IMG/VR virus record: IMGVR_UViG_3300025646_000024
Coordinates: 16,264-80,263 of that record
Origin: a virus
Strand: one strand, 5' to 3'
DNA: 64,000 nucleotides
Shown: in pieces, positions 6,851 to 15,253 of the stretch
Numbering within the stretch: position 1 is the first letter of the stretch
How the letters are laid out: each line of letters begins with the position of its first letter
The notes under the pieces: model-generated
What the model saw: the letters and a program-made list of their open reading frames with translations, nothing else
What the model was told of the DNA's origin: nothing
The model's database searches: none
Position numbers and translations under genes: made by a program

Positions 6851-7519
6851 ATGAACTTCGCCCTCACCGCCATCAGCAGCAACGCTAAGACTGGCCCGAT
6901 CCCCACCAGCACTAGCAGCCGTGAGACCTGCCCCAGCACCTGCCCCTTTTACGACAAAGGGTGCTACGCTAAGTCTGGCCCCCAGAACATTCACTGGAAA
7001 AAGGTTACTGAAGGTGAGCGTGGTGTAAACTTTCAAGAGTTTACAACTGCAATCCGTAAGCTTCAGCGAGGCCAACTCTGGCGGCACAATGTATCTGGTG
7101 ATCTGCCACACATTCTGGGTGACATTAACGCACCTATGGTGGAAGCTCTCGCTGATGCAAACCGTGGCCGCAAAGGTTACACCTACACCCACCACATTCT
7201 GAATGATCATAACCTAAAGGTCATTCAGGAAGCTAACAGCAAAGGCTTCACGATTAACGCTTCCACTGAAGACGTAGAGGTGGCTGATGCAGTGATGACA
7301 GAGCACGGTATTCCTGCTGTTGCTGTTGTCAAGTCTGACAAAACAGATAGATTCTACAAAACAGAATCAGGTCGCAAAGTTGTCACCTGCCCCGCTACAA
7401 TTCATGAGAATGTAACTTGTGCAACCTGTAAGCTTTGTGCAAAGTCTGACCGAGACTTTATCATTGCATTCCCTGCACATGGCAATGCAAAGAAAACAGT
7501 GAACGAGATTGTCGCCTAA
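6851..7519 (+). CDS. Cys-rich phage protein, possible Fe-S/radical-SAM-like enzyme
   Basis: CPSTCPFYDKGCYA, WRHNVSGDL, YTYTHH, CPA...CATCKLC...FPAHG. Confidence 0.7.
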   Translation: MNFALTAISSNAKTGPIPTSTSSRETCPSTCPFYDKGCYAKSGPQNIHWKKVTEGERGVNFQEFTTAIRKLQRGQLWRHNVSGDLPHILGDINAPMVEALADANRGRKGYTYTHHILNDHNLKVIQEANSKGFTINASTEDVEVADAVMTEHGIPAVAVVKSDKTDRFYKTESGRKVVTCPATIHENVTCATCKLCAKSDRDFIIAFPAHGNAKKTVNEIVA

Positions 7520-7633
7520 AGTATAATTATTTCGGATTGTGAACAATCGGGTCTGGGGCATCGCCAGCCCCCACCCGATGCTGTAGAATACGATCAAGCG
7601 AGGCAAGGGACCTCGCACAACCCACCCGAGACA

Positions 7634-7948
7634 ATGACCAGCTCTGACCGTCTGACCCGTACCAGCATCCCCACCGTGGTGGCTGTTGCCATTGCCAAGG
7701 TCACTCTGCTGAAACCCCACGTTATCGGCAGGCACCGTGCACAGTGGCTGTTCGATCTGGCCACCAGTGAGACTGCTCTCAAGGAGGAGCGCAAGCTGGG
7801 CCGTAAGGCACTGCAGATCGCTGCCGATGCTGCTGGCCGCAGCGTGATCACCCTGGCTGATGGTCGCACCATCGGCAACCGAGTCTACAGCAAGGCCAGC
7901 AACCGCAGGCTAGTTCGCTGGAGCCAGGATCGCCCTAGCGCAGTCTGA
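7634..7948 (+). CDS. Basic hypothetical protein
   Basis: ORF after -10 TAGAAT at 7584; GC3-rich codons. Confidence 0.7.
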   Translation: MTSSDRLTRTSIPTVVAVAIAKVTLLKPHVIGRHRAQWLFDLATSETALKEERKLGRKALQIAADAAGRSVITLADGRTIGNRVYSKASNRRLVRWSQDRPSAV

Positions 7949-7962
7949 CAAGTGGCACAAGG

Positions 7963-7987
7963 GGGCTTGACAGCAAGCCCTTTTTTT
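7963..7987 (+). terminator. Intrinsic terminator (hairpin spans a TTGACA)
   Basis: GGGCTTG-ACAG-CAAGCCC-TTTTTTT. Confidence 0.8.
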
Positions 7988-8194
7988 GTCTTTTTTTATT
8001 AACTATTTTATGGCAGGGGGCGTGGCGACCATTTCATCATCAGGCTTACCCCAGCCCTCTCTCGGTTGTGAAACTATCCTAGCACGGCACCAGCCCACTA
8101 GGACAGCTCCAAACCAGTTCAGCCACTGGCACAAGACCCCTAGACTCTGGCCAGGATCTGTGCGATTCTATAAAGGTCAAACAAAGGCAACCCC

Positions 8195-8344
8195 ATGAAT
8201 CCCTTTCTCACTGATTCACAAGTGGAAGAACTGAATACAATGGGTTACATTGAATTGACTGAAGAATTATTAAGCGTTATATTTAATACTACCAATGTAG
8301 TTTGGGAGAATGATATTCTGGTAGACAAGAATTATTATCAATAA
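8195..8344 (+). CDS. Small acidic, AT-rich ORF, 49 aa; not in ORF track
   Basis: MNPFLTDSQVEELNTMGYIELTEELL...; follows palindrome at 8114. Confidence 0.5.
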   Translation: MNPFLTDSQVEELNTMGYIELTEELLSVIFNTTNVVWENDILVDKNYYQ

Positions 8345-8514
8345 TACAAAATTATTAACCGTAATAGGTAATACTTAACCATACATTCCCCCATACACAT
8401 AGGGGCACAATGTATGATTAAAGCACACACCTAGGCCAGTCCAGAGACTGGCCACCAGCTGGCCCAGACCCCACCAGCCCACCTGCTATACTGATCTCAG
8501 TTCAGCCAAAGGCC

Positions 8515-8724
8515 ATGATCGCCAACCACGCCACCGCACAAGACTTCGCCAACTGGGAAGCCAAGGCCAAGGCCATGACCATGGCTGAGCTGCTATGGTC
8601 GGCACAGGATGCTCGCAAGGCCGAACAGGCGATGCGAGGCTGGAACCCCATCGCTGAGGGTCGCTACAGCGATGAGGCAAGCACCTATGGCGATGAGATC
8701 CGCCGCCGCAGGGCCAGAGCCTGA
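8515..8724 (+). CDS. Small hypothetical protein
   Basis: Follows palindrome 8434-8453 and TATACT 8487; GC3-biased. Confidence 0.75.
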   Translation: MIANHATAQDFANWEAKAKAMTMAELLWSAQDARKAEQAMRGWNPIAEGRYSDEASTYGDEIRRRRARA

Positions 8725-8881
8725 GCTGGCCCAGGGCCACCTGGCCCACTGGCACACTCCAAACCCCAGTGGGCCAGCTCCAAACCCGTCACAGTGTGAC
8801 AATCCAAAAAGCTGCACAAGCCCCTGTTGCCAGCTGCCGCTTGGGCCTGCTAGTGTTGATCACGTACACCGCACTACAGCG

Positions 8882-9085
8882 ATGCAACCCACCGTCACCC
8901 TGACCCTGACCGCTTGGGAGGCCGAGCAGCTGCGCCGCATGGCCTTCGACTCCAGTTCCTACTGGTTCGGCATCCTGCAGGAGGCATTCAACGACCCTGC
9001 CAACACCAGGGATCGGGAAGCCATTGAGCGCCTGTGGCGTCAAAGCGGGGCCATGGCCCAGCGCCTGGGTGAGCTGATCGGCTGA
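8882..9085 (+). CDS. Small hypothetical protein (start revised to ATG 8882)
   Basis: Promoter-like TTGCCA 8827 / TAGTGT 8851 upstream; 8609-8881 extension overlaps another gene and regulatory DNA. Confidence 0.65.
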   Translation: MQPTVTLTLTAWEAEQLRRMAFDSSSYWFGILQEAFNDPANTRDREAIERLWRQSGAMAQRLGELIG

Positions 9086-9172
9086 TCAACCACGGGGCCA
9101 CCATCTGGCCCCACCATGATGTACACTTAATCTCAAGCGGGCCGACAGGAGCCCGCACACCCCCCAGAGACA

Positions 9173-9466
9173 ATGGCAAACGACATCGCCACCCTCGCCC
9201 TCGCCTACAAGCAGGCCACTGATGCCCTGAAGCTCGCCGAGCAGGCCAAAGCCGATGCCAGCCTGGCCTTGGTGGAAGCCATGCAGGCTGCCGAACAGGA
9301 GCGGGTTGAAACCCCTGCAGGCAAGGTCAGCCTGTGCCAGGGTCGCCGCACCGTTAAGGTCACTTGCAAAGCTTTGCAGGCCGAGATCAAGCTCCTACAG
9401 GAGCGGGCCGTCAGGACAGGCCGAGCCGTTGAAGCGGTGGGCAAACCCTACGTCATGATCCGCTGA
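9173..9466 (+). CDS. Hypothetical protein (N-terminal coiled coil + beta segment)
   Basis: ORF after hairpin 9093-9111 and -10 TACACT. Confidence 0.75.
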   Translation: MANDIATLALAYKQATDALKLAEQAKADASLALVEAMQAAEQERVETPAGKVSLCQGRRTVKVTCKALQAEIKLLQERAVRTGRAVEAVGKPYVMIR

Positions 9467-9539
9467 TCAACCATGGGGCAAGCTTGACGGCTTGCCCCTT
9501 TCTGCCCCATAATGGGGAAGTCCAAACGACACCCGACCC

Positions 9540-9725
9540 ATGGCCACGATCAACCCCATCGAAGCCGACTTCATCACCCATTGCATCGAGGTGTGGTGTA
9601 ACGAGCTGCCGCAGATCGCTGGGCGTCCCGTGATGTTCACCACACAGGGCGAGCAGCCTGAGCAGGTGCTGCTGACTCATGATCAGATCGAAGCTCTGTA
9701 CCTGCGGCTGCAGGCCCTGAAGTGA
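9540..9725 (+). CDS. Small hypothetical protein
   Basis: TTGACG 9484 / CATAAT 9508 promoter upstream. Confidence 0.7.
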   Translation: MATINPIEADFITHCIEVWCNELPQIAGRPVMFTTQGEQPEQVLLTHDQIEALYLRLQALK

Positions 9726-9784
9726 GCCCTACGGGGAGCCTACGGGCTCCCCTTCCTATCCACAACCACAACCACACACCGAGC

Positions 9785-9973
9785 ATGTTTGAGACCCTCA
9801 GAGAGGCCACCATGGCCCGTGCAAACGATGCTGGCTGCATCCCATACCAAGACGCCCTAACCGAGGCCATCAGCCACGGTGCAGGCCAGGAGTTTATTGC
9901 CCTGTATGGGTCAGCCATCGCCTGGCCTATGGGTGTGGATGCTGGCGAGTGGCTGGCCTGGCTCGGTTACTGA
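9785..9973 (+). CDS. Small hypothetical protein (start revised to ATG 9785)
   Basis: Follows hairpin GGGGAGCC-TACG-GGCTCCCC (9733-9752) and a C/A-rich leader. Confidence 0.65.
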   Translation: MFETLREATMARANDAGCIPYQDALTEAISHGAGQEFIALYGSAIAWPMGVDAGEWLAWLGY

Positions 9974-10001
9974 ATGTAACGGGGGAGCCAGTCTCCCCCA
10001 T

Positions 10002-10037
10002 TGATCAGCGATACTGATCGATCAGCAGTGCTGATCA
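10002..10037. repeat. Two adjacent perfect ATCAG-N5-CTGAT boxes at the end of the GC-rich island
   Basis: ATCAG-CGATA-CTGAT 10004-10018; ATCAG-CAGTG-CTGAT 10021-10035. Confidence 0.75.
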
Positions 10038-10145
10038 GTGGGCAGAGGCAGTATAAACGGCCCTTATGGGTCGCCGCCCCCCGTACCCGTGGAAAATTCT
10101 AAATACTCAAGCTATAAACCTTTACCAGCGACTTCGATATATTCA

Positions 10146-10601
10146 ATGATTAAAAATAAAAAAATTTTGCCCACAAAATTTGACGGCTACTATGTTTCTG
10201 AAGACGGAAAAATTTTTACTGAGTGGCATTTAGTAAATAATAATGGAAGATTTGGTTCAATCAGAGGAGAGCTGCGAGAAGTAAAATCTCATCCAAGAGG
10301 AGGATGTAATCCAAATGACAGATATTTAGCTGTAAATATTTCATTAAAAAATGACCAAGGAAAAACTATTAAGCAAATCAAATATTACTCACATAGACTC
10401 ATAGCAGAGACTTTTATAGAAAACCCACAAAATTTGAAAGAAGTAGACCATATTGATGGAAACAAACAAAATAACTCAACAACAAATCTGAGGTGGGTAG
10501 ATAGAAAAGAAAACCTAAAATGGATGATAGGAAATACTTTTGGAAAAAATTTTCGACAAAAAAAATCCGAGAACCTTGTAGATTCTCGGAGAAAAAAATA
10601 A
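10146..10601 (+). CDS. HNH homing endonuclease (NUMOD4-like N-terminus + HNH)
   Basis: GYYVSEDGKI; HRLIAETFIENP...VDHIDGNKQNN...NLRW; start revised to ATG 10146. Confidence 0.9.
   Translation: MIKNKKILPTKFDGYYVSEDGKIFTEWHLVNNNGRFGSIRGELREVKSHPRGGCNPNDRYLAVNISLKNDQGKTIKQIKYYSHRLIAETFIENPQNLKEVDHIDGNKQNNSTTNLRWVDRKENLKWMIGNTFGKNFRQKKSENLVDSRRKK
10557..10590 (-). terminator. Intrinsic terminator for the minus-strand kinase gene
   Basis: TCCGAGAA/TTCTCGGA stem followed on the minus strand by a T run. Confidence 0.65.
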
Positions 10602-10612
10602 TTTATTTGAGA

Positions 10613-11251
10613 TTAGTCTTTACCTCTCTTTGGATTTTCAACTCCTAGTCTTGCTCTTGCAGAATTACGATTCAATCTGAATCTCTTAGTCAGGTCTTTA
10701 CCTGTCTTAACTGCTTCTTTTCCTTCTTTAGACTTTCTAAATTGCTTTTCTTGTGATGCCATGCTTTTCATCACAAATCTTGGAACTGGCTGATCTCTTT
10801 TTGCATTTCTTGCAAATGATCTCCTTTGTGATGTTCTAGGTGATACTGTAGTAATAGATCTAAAATCAGCATCTTTCTTTAGACTATCATCAGTGCTCTT
10901 TTTAAACTTTGGATTAACATTAGTGTTATCCTGAATTCTTGGCTTAGATTTATCTGCGTTTCTTAGTCGATTCATTGTAAGTTTGTGGACTTCAGGAAAC
11001 TTAGATTGATTAGATCTATTACCATGAATTGTTTCTCGTGCATCATCATATCCAGTTGCAGTTCCACCAGTCTTCTTGGCTAGCCCTTTTGCCATTGTTG
11101 ATTTACCAGAGCCAGGCATTCCAGCCATTTTAATATCTAATGGTGCACTAGATTTGCCACTCTTTGCACCTGGCTTTGGTGTTCTACCTTGCTTTGATGC
11201 AACTTGTGATCTTCTAGAAGATTCTAAAAGAAATTCAGAATATGTCTTCAT
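10613..11251 (-). CDS. P-loop kinase (Pnk/AAA_33-like) with capsid-targeting-like N-terminus
   Basis: GMPGSGKST Walker A; DD.R; DNTN; RNAKRD..VP..V...M; starts MKTYSEFLLE; late-type AATAAATA upstream on minus strand. Confidence 0.8.
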   Translation of the reverse strand: MKTYSEFLLESSRRSQVASKQGRTPKPGAKSGKSSAPLDIKMAGMPGSGKSTMAKGLAKKTGGTATGYDDARETIHGNRSNQSKFPEVHKLTMNRLRNADKSKPRIQDNTNVNPKFKKSTDDSLKKDADFRSITTVSPRTSQRRSFARNAKRDQPVPRFVMKSMASQEKQFRKSKEGKEAVKTGKDLTKRFRLNRNSARARLGVENPKRGKD

Positions 11252-11309
11252 ATAATTGAATTTTTTAAATATTTATTTCGGCTATATACTGTAGTTTTAA
11301 ATACAATAC

Positions 11310-11492
11310 ATGTCAACATTTTCTTCATTTACTACTGAGGTACAGTATGATGATGCATCTGGAGAATACTTCATTACATTCCCAGATGAGCTTATAGATG
11401 AGATGCAATGGCAAGAGGGTGATACTTTAGAATTTGAATACTTTGATCACCATGATACTCCTGGTATTCGCATACATAAAGTAGGAGACTGA
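11310..11492 (+). CDS. AbrB/MazE-like (swapped-hairpin) DNA-binding protein
   Basis: YFITFPDELIDEMQWQEGDTLEF pattern. Confidence 0.7.
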   Translation: MSTFSSFTTEVQYDDASGEYFITFPDELIDEMQWQEGDTLEFEYFDHHDTPGIRIHKVGD

Positions 11493-11502
11493 CCCTAATA
11501 AT

Positions 11503-14500
11503 ATGTCTAATTGTAGTCCAAAGAAAGACCCTGTAGATAAGAAGCTTACTTTTACATATACAGAGTGCCCTGCACCAGAAGAAGGATCACCAGCTCAGAT
11601 TACTATAGAGTTTCCATATATTGAAAAGTACTGGTACGAAGTTAGGCCGCCTGATGCAGCAAACAAGACCATCCAAAATGGAAGCAAGCAACAAAAGCTT
11701 CGTCGATCTGTAATTCAAGTACCTGCTGTTGATGCAGAGAATGCAGATGGAGATAATGTAAACTTTGTTGATCAGGTATTTTATCAACCAGAATATGAGA
11801 TTGTTGGTTCTGGTGATGACATTAAAAGTAAGCCAGTATATGAAAGATTCTGTAAGGCAGATAAAGTATACGACGAGCAATACTTCTACCATATCTTTGA
11901 ATGGCCATTAACACATACTCTTCCTGCACGACCTGTGGGAGGTATTACTGTAACTACTCCACCACCTCCTCCACCAGGATCTGAGGGTGGAGAAGAGAGT
12001 TGTCCAGTTTATGCAGTATCCAGTACCAGCGTCGGTGGTACATTTACACTCAATAGAGTAGACAGTCAAGTAATTGGCCTACCTGAGGGAAGCGTTGCTT
12101 ACCATGGAGGTACACTCGATAATAAGATATTCTTTTACTATGAGAATACCACCAATAAAGATATGATTGCTGTTGGTGATGTCATTAATGGCTGGACAGT
12201 TGATAAAGTAGTTAACTATAACTCTGAGCACTTTGACGAGAAATCTTTAAGAACCACAGAGTCCGTTAGAAGAAGAGTCTCTAAGTTTTCTGAGAAGAAC
12301 AAGACTCCTGGGTTTATCTTTATCAACAAAAACGACGGTGCAGAAGATAGAATTATCAACGTCGGGGACTTAGTGACTGGCTATGGTATTCAGAAGGACA
12401 CTTATGTAGATAGTATTCAAGGACTTAAGATCTTTCTTACTAGACCTTTAAAGTACAAAAACAAGAGAAGAGTTAGAAACGTCAGGTTTACTAACACTGG
12501 TCTTGCTAATAACATCTCAAACCAGATTCTTTGCTATGCAGAAATTAGTGGTGGCAGTGCTGCATTCATTAAAGACCAGTACTATTCAAAAGATACCCCC
12601 TCAACTCCCCAGTATACAAGTACGATTTACCATGTTTTTGACGACAAAAAGAACAAAAACATACAACTGACCACAACCAAGGAAATAAAGGTTCAAACTA
12701 TCAATAGAAACGACGAAGGTGGGTCAAATGATAGTGATAACAGAAAGCACTACTTAGTGACTTTCTTGGATGAAACTACAATTAGCAATAAAAGTGATGT
12801 GCAAATTTCTATTACTGATGATAGGACTGCATCAGGAGTAGAACAATCTTTTGTATTTGCTTCTAAAATTGAAGTTGTAGACAGTAAAAGTTTCAAAGTA
12901 TGGTTCAAGAGAAATGATAACAAGGTTAACACTTATGTTCGTGGATGGAATGTAACCAGAGTTCCAGGTGGAGCAGTCATTCCTGAAAATAGAATTCAAG
13001 TGATTGCTGGTAGAGGCATCATAGACAGGTCTGCAGTCTGTGGTGTTTATGTCAGTAATGATAAAAAGTTCTATACTTATACTCCTTTATTCTATTCTAG
13101 AGATGGATTCTGCGAATCTACTTACCTAGAAGATGACCTAGGTAAATTTGCACTTGGTAGTGTTATTCTAAACGATAAAAGTTATTACTTACAACAACAG
13201 TTTTTATGTGTTGGACCTGCAAATGACACTGCATACCAAATCAATAACATTTTTTGGACCTATTTTAACAGGCCATCCGAGATTAATGAACTAAAAACTT
13301 GGATAAGTCGCTTAGCTTCTTCTGATTTTCTTACTATTCAAAAGGAAATTATAGATTCTGAGAAGTTAAAACTCGGACAAAGAACTATTTTAGCAGTTAA
13401 AGACTCCGAATGTGACAGCACTATCAATCCAGACTACTCAAAAGTCTATTATCCACACAGTGAATTCAATACTTTTAATGAATATATTGCTCCTGTTCAA
13501 AATGATAGTGTATTTGACCCATGTATTGACGTAAAAACACCTAAAACTTACAGTAAAGAAGAGTTAGACTCTATAATTACGACAAATCTTGGTGGTAGTT
13601 TTCACTTTTCTAGTATCAATTTACCTGAGGAGATGTATAAACAGGTGATTTCTAATGAAAATTCACTTCAAAATACCCTACTGAGAGCAATTACTGCTAT
13701 TGGTAGTTCTGTTCCAAAGCAAACTACCATCCCAAATCTACCTCCACTCATTGAAGGAGAGGATAAATCCAGTCAAGTGTTTAGAACTGAGGCTGCATAT
13801 CGCATTCCACCAAGATTTAAGTCACTTGAATACATTATTGAAGACTTTAGTTTCGTCAGTGATTCAAGTCTCTTCCCAGATTCAGATGAAAACAACACTG
13901 AAATACAAATTAAGTCTATTCCTAAGTGGACTGGAAGTGTTTCTCCAGCAAGTGGGGATGGTTGGCAAGCAAATGTCAATACTGATGGAGAAGGTTTCAT
14001 TAACACAGTAACTATTTCTGCAGTTCCATTCCCTGCTCCACCACTAGGTGGAAGTACTACTGCATGGGCTGCTGGGCCAGCTCCTACTACATTCTGGCAT
14101 GGGGATGATACTAACTACCAAGTTACATTTAAAAAGATCTTAAACTTTAGAGTTAACGAAGTTAGTAAGAACCTTTCTAATGCAGTCAAGAACAAAGGTA
14201 ATCCATTTATGGATGAACCTCCATATGCAAAGCTAGTTCAAGATCTAAAACCAACTGATACTACAATCAAAGTAGACAGTACTAGCCAATTTATCTCTGC
14301 AGGATATTTAATTATTCCAAAATATATCGTCAAAAAAGAAGTAAATCCAGAAACTAGGAATGAAACCCCATATCATTATTACCTAGGTGAAGAAATTATC
14401 TATTACAGAGATAAAACAGAAACAGAGTTTCTGCAATGTACACGAGAGATGTTTGATACAACATCTTCATTTGAAAAAATTGCAAATTCAGGAGATATTG

Positions 14501-14757
14501 AATCTGATGTAACCTATATAATTAAGACTCTTGGATCTGTCAATTGGAAAGATTATGGTGCTCCAGATGATTATGGAGTCGGAACTATATTTACTGCTAC
14601 ATCTGATGGCTCTGGTGAAGTTGAAAGTGGAGAAGTATACTTGTTTGAGAGTACTATGACTCCATTTGAAAATAGTAATTATGCATACTATAGTTATGAA
14701 AAGAATAATTACTTGTCTCAATTCTGGCCAATCTCAATTCAGAATAAAAACGTATGA
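11503..14757 (+). CDS. Large virion structural protein (baseplate/tail associated), 1084 aa
   Basis: Precedes PAAR/g25; C-terminal modules shared with gp7. Confidence 0.6.
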   Translation: MSNCSPKKDPVDKKLTFTYTECPAPEEGSPAQITIEFPYIEKYWYEVRPPDAANKTIQNGSKQQKLRRSVIQVPAVDAENADGDNVNFVDQVFYQPEYEIVGSGDDIKSKPVYERFCKADKVYDEQYFYHIFEWPLTHTLPARPVGGITVTTPPPPPPGSEGGEESCPVYAVSSTSVGGTFTLNRVDSQVIGLPEGSVAYHGGTLDNKIFFYYENTTNKDMIAVGDVINGWTVDKVVNYNSEHFDEKSLRTTESVRRRVSKFSEKNKTPGFIFINKNDGAEDRIINVGDLVTGYGIQKDTYVDSIQGLKIFLTRPLKYKNKRRVRNVRFTNTGLANNISNQILCYAEISGGSAAFIKDQYYSKDTPSTPQYTSTIYHVFDDKKNKNIQLTTTKEIKVQTINRNDEGGSNDSDNRKHYLVTFLDETTISNKSDVQISITDDRTASGVEQSFVFASKIEVVDSKSFKVWFKRNDNKVNTYVRGWNVTRVPGGAVIPENRIQVIAGRGIIDRSAVCGVYVSNDKKFYTYTPLFYSRDGFCESTYLEDDLGKFALGSVILNDKSYYLQQQFLCVGPANDTAYQINNIFWTYFNRPSEINELKTWISRLASSDFLTIQKEIIDSEKLKLGQRTILAVKDSECDSTINPDYSKVYYPHSEFNTFNEYIAPVQNDSVFDPCIDVKTPKTYSKEELDSIITTNLGGSFHFSSINLPEEMYKQVISNENSLQNTLLRAITAIGSSVPKQTTIPNLPPLIEGEDKSSQVFRTEAAYRIPPRFKSLEYIIEDFSFVSDSSLFPDSDENNTEIQIKSIPKWTGSVSPASGDGWQANVNTDGEGFINTVTISAVPFPAPPLGGSTTAWAAGPAPTTFWHGDDTNYQVTFKKILNFRVNEVSKNLSNAVKNKGNPFMDEPPYAKLVQDLKPTDTTIKVDSTSQFISAGYLIIPKYIVKKEVNPETRNETPYHYYLGEEIIYYRDKTETEFLQCTREMFDTTSSFEKIANSGDIESDVTYIIKTLGSVNWKDYGAPDDYGVGTIFTATSDGSGEVESGEVYLFESTMTPFENSNYAYYSYEKNNYLSQFWPISIQNKNV

Positions 14758-15077
14758 CAAGACCCATCGCAGCATTAGGAAATCCAGATTCTATTTCATT
14801 TAGACCCTGTTGTGTCTATCCACCAAATATCGTCACTCCCATTGTGGCAACGGTATTTGCCAATGGACGCCCTAGAGCCAAGGCAGGAGACGTTCTAACC
14901 CCAGCTCCAGGCTTTCCAGTCTGTCCAAATACTACATGCACCCCCATAGCTAGGACTATCATTGCCCCCAGCAAGGTCTTTGTAAATGGTCGGCCATCCG
15001 CACACGTAGGGGACTTGACAAATCCAGTTTCCCCACGTACAATACTACCTGTACCCACCAACATTTTCGTGAACTAA
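14754..15077 (+). CDS. PAAR-repeat baseplate spike tip (gp5.4-like)
   Basis: PIAALG, VFANGRPRAKAGD, VFVNGRPSAHVGD. Confidence 0.85.
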   Translation: MTRPIAALGNPDSISFRPCCVYPPNIVTPIVATVFANGRPRAKAGDVLTPAPGFPVCPNTTCTPIARTIIAPSKVFVNGRPSAHVGDLTNPVSPRTILPVPTNIFVN

Positions 15078-15078
15078 C

Positions 15079-15222
15079 ATGGCAAAAGCACCTAGTTTTA
15101 ACAAGTCTGGCTATACTCCAGCTAAGCCCAAAATGACTCGTCAAGGTCAGTCAAAAAATACCCGACTTTCTGCATCCAGTCGAAATGGACGCAAAAAAGC
15201 CTATCGAGGGCAAGGTCGATAA
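15079..15222 (+). CDS. Small basic protein, 47 aa (MAKAPSF...KPKMTRQG...YRGQGR); not in ORF track
   Basis: Manual translation; sits between PAAR stop and terminator. Confidence 0.8.
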   Translation: MAKAPSFNKSGYTPAKPKMTRQGQSKNTRLSASSRNGRKKAYRGQGR

Positions 15223-15226
15223 TAGT

Positions 15227-15253
15227 AAAAAGGGGTCGAAAGACCCCTTTTTT
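15227..15253 (+). terminator. Intrinsic (bidirectional) terminator
   Basis: AAAAA-GGGGTC-GAAA-GACCCC-TTTTTT. Confidence 0.85.

Noticed and set aside
8015-8060. Hammerhead ribozyme on minus strand (CUGAUGA-U-GAAA)
   Set aside because: No stem II, no U-H cleavage triplet after the putative stem III, only 2 bp of stem I
6833-9918. Multiple overlapping minus-strand ORFs in the GC island
   Set aside because: Shadow frames expected in GC-rich DNA; promoters and GC3 bias support the plus-strand genes
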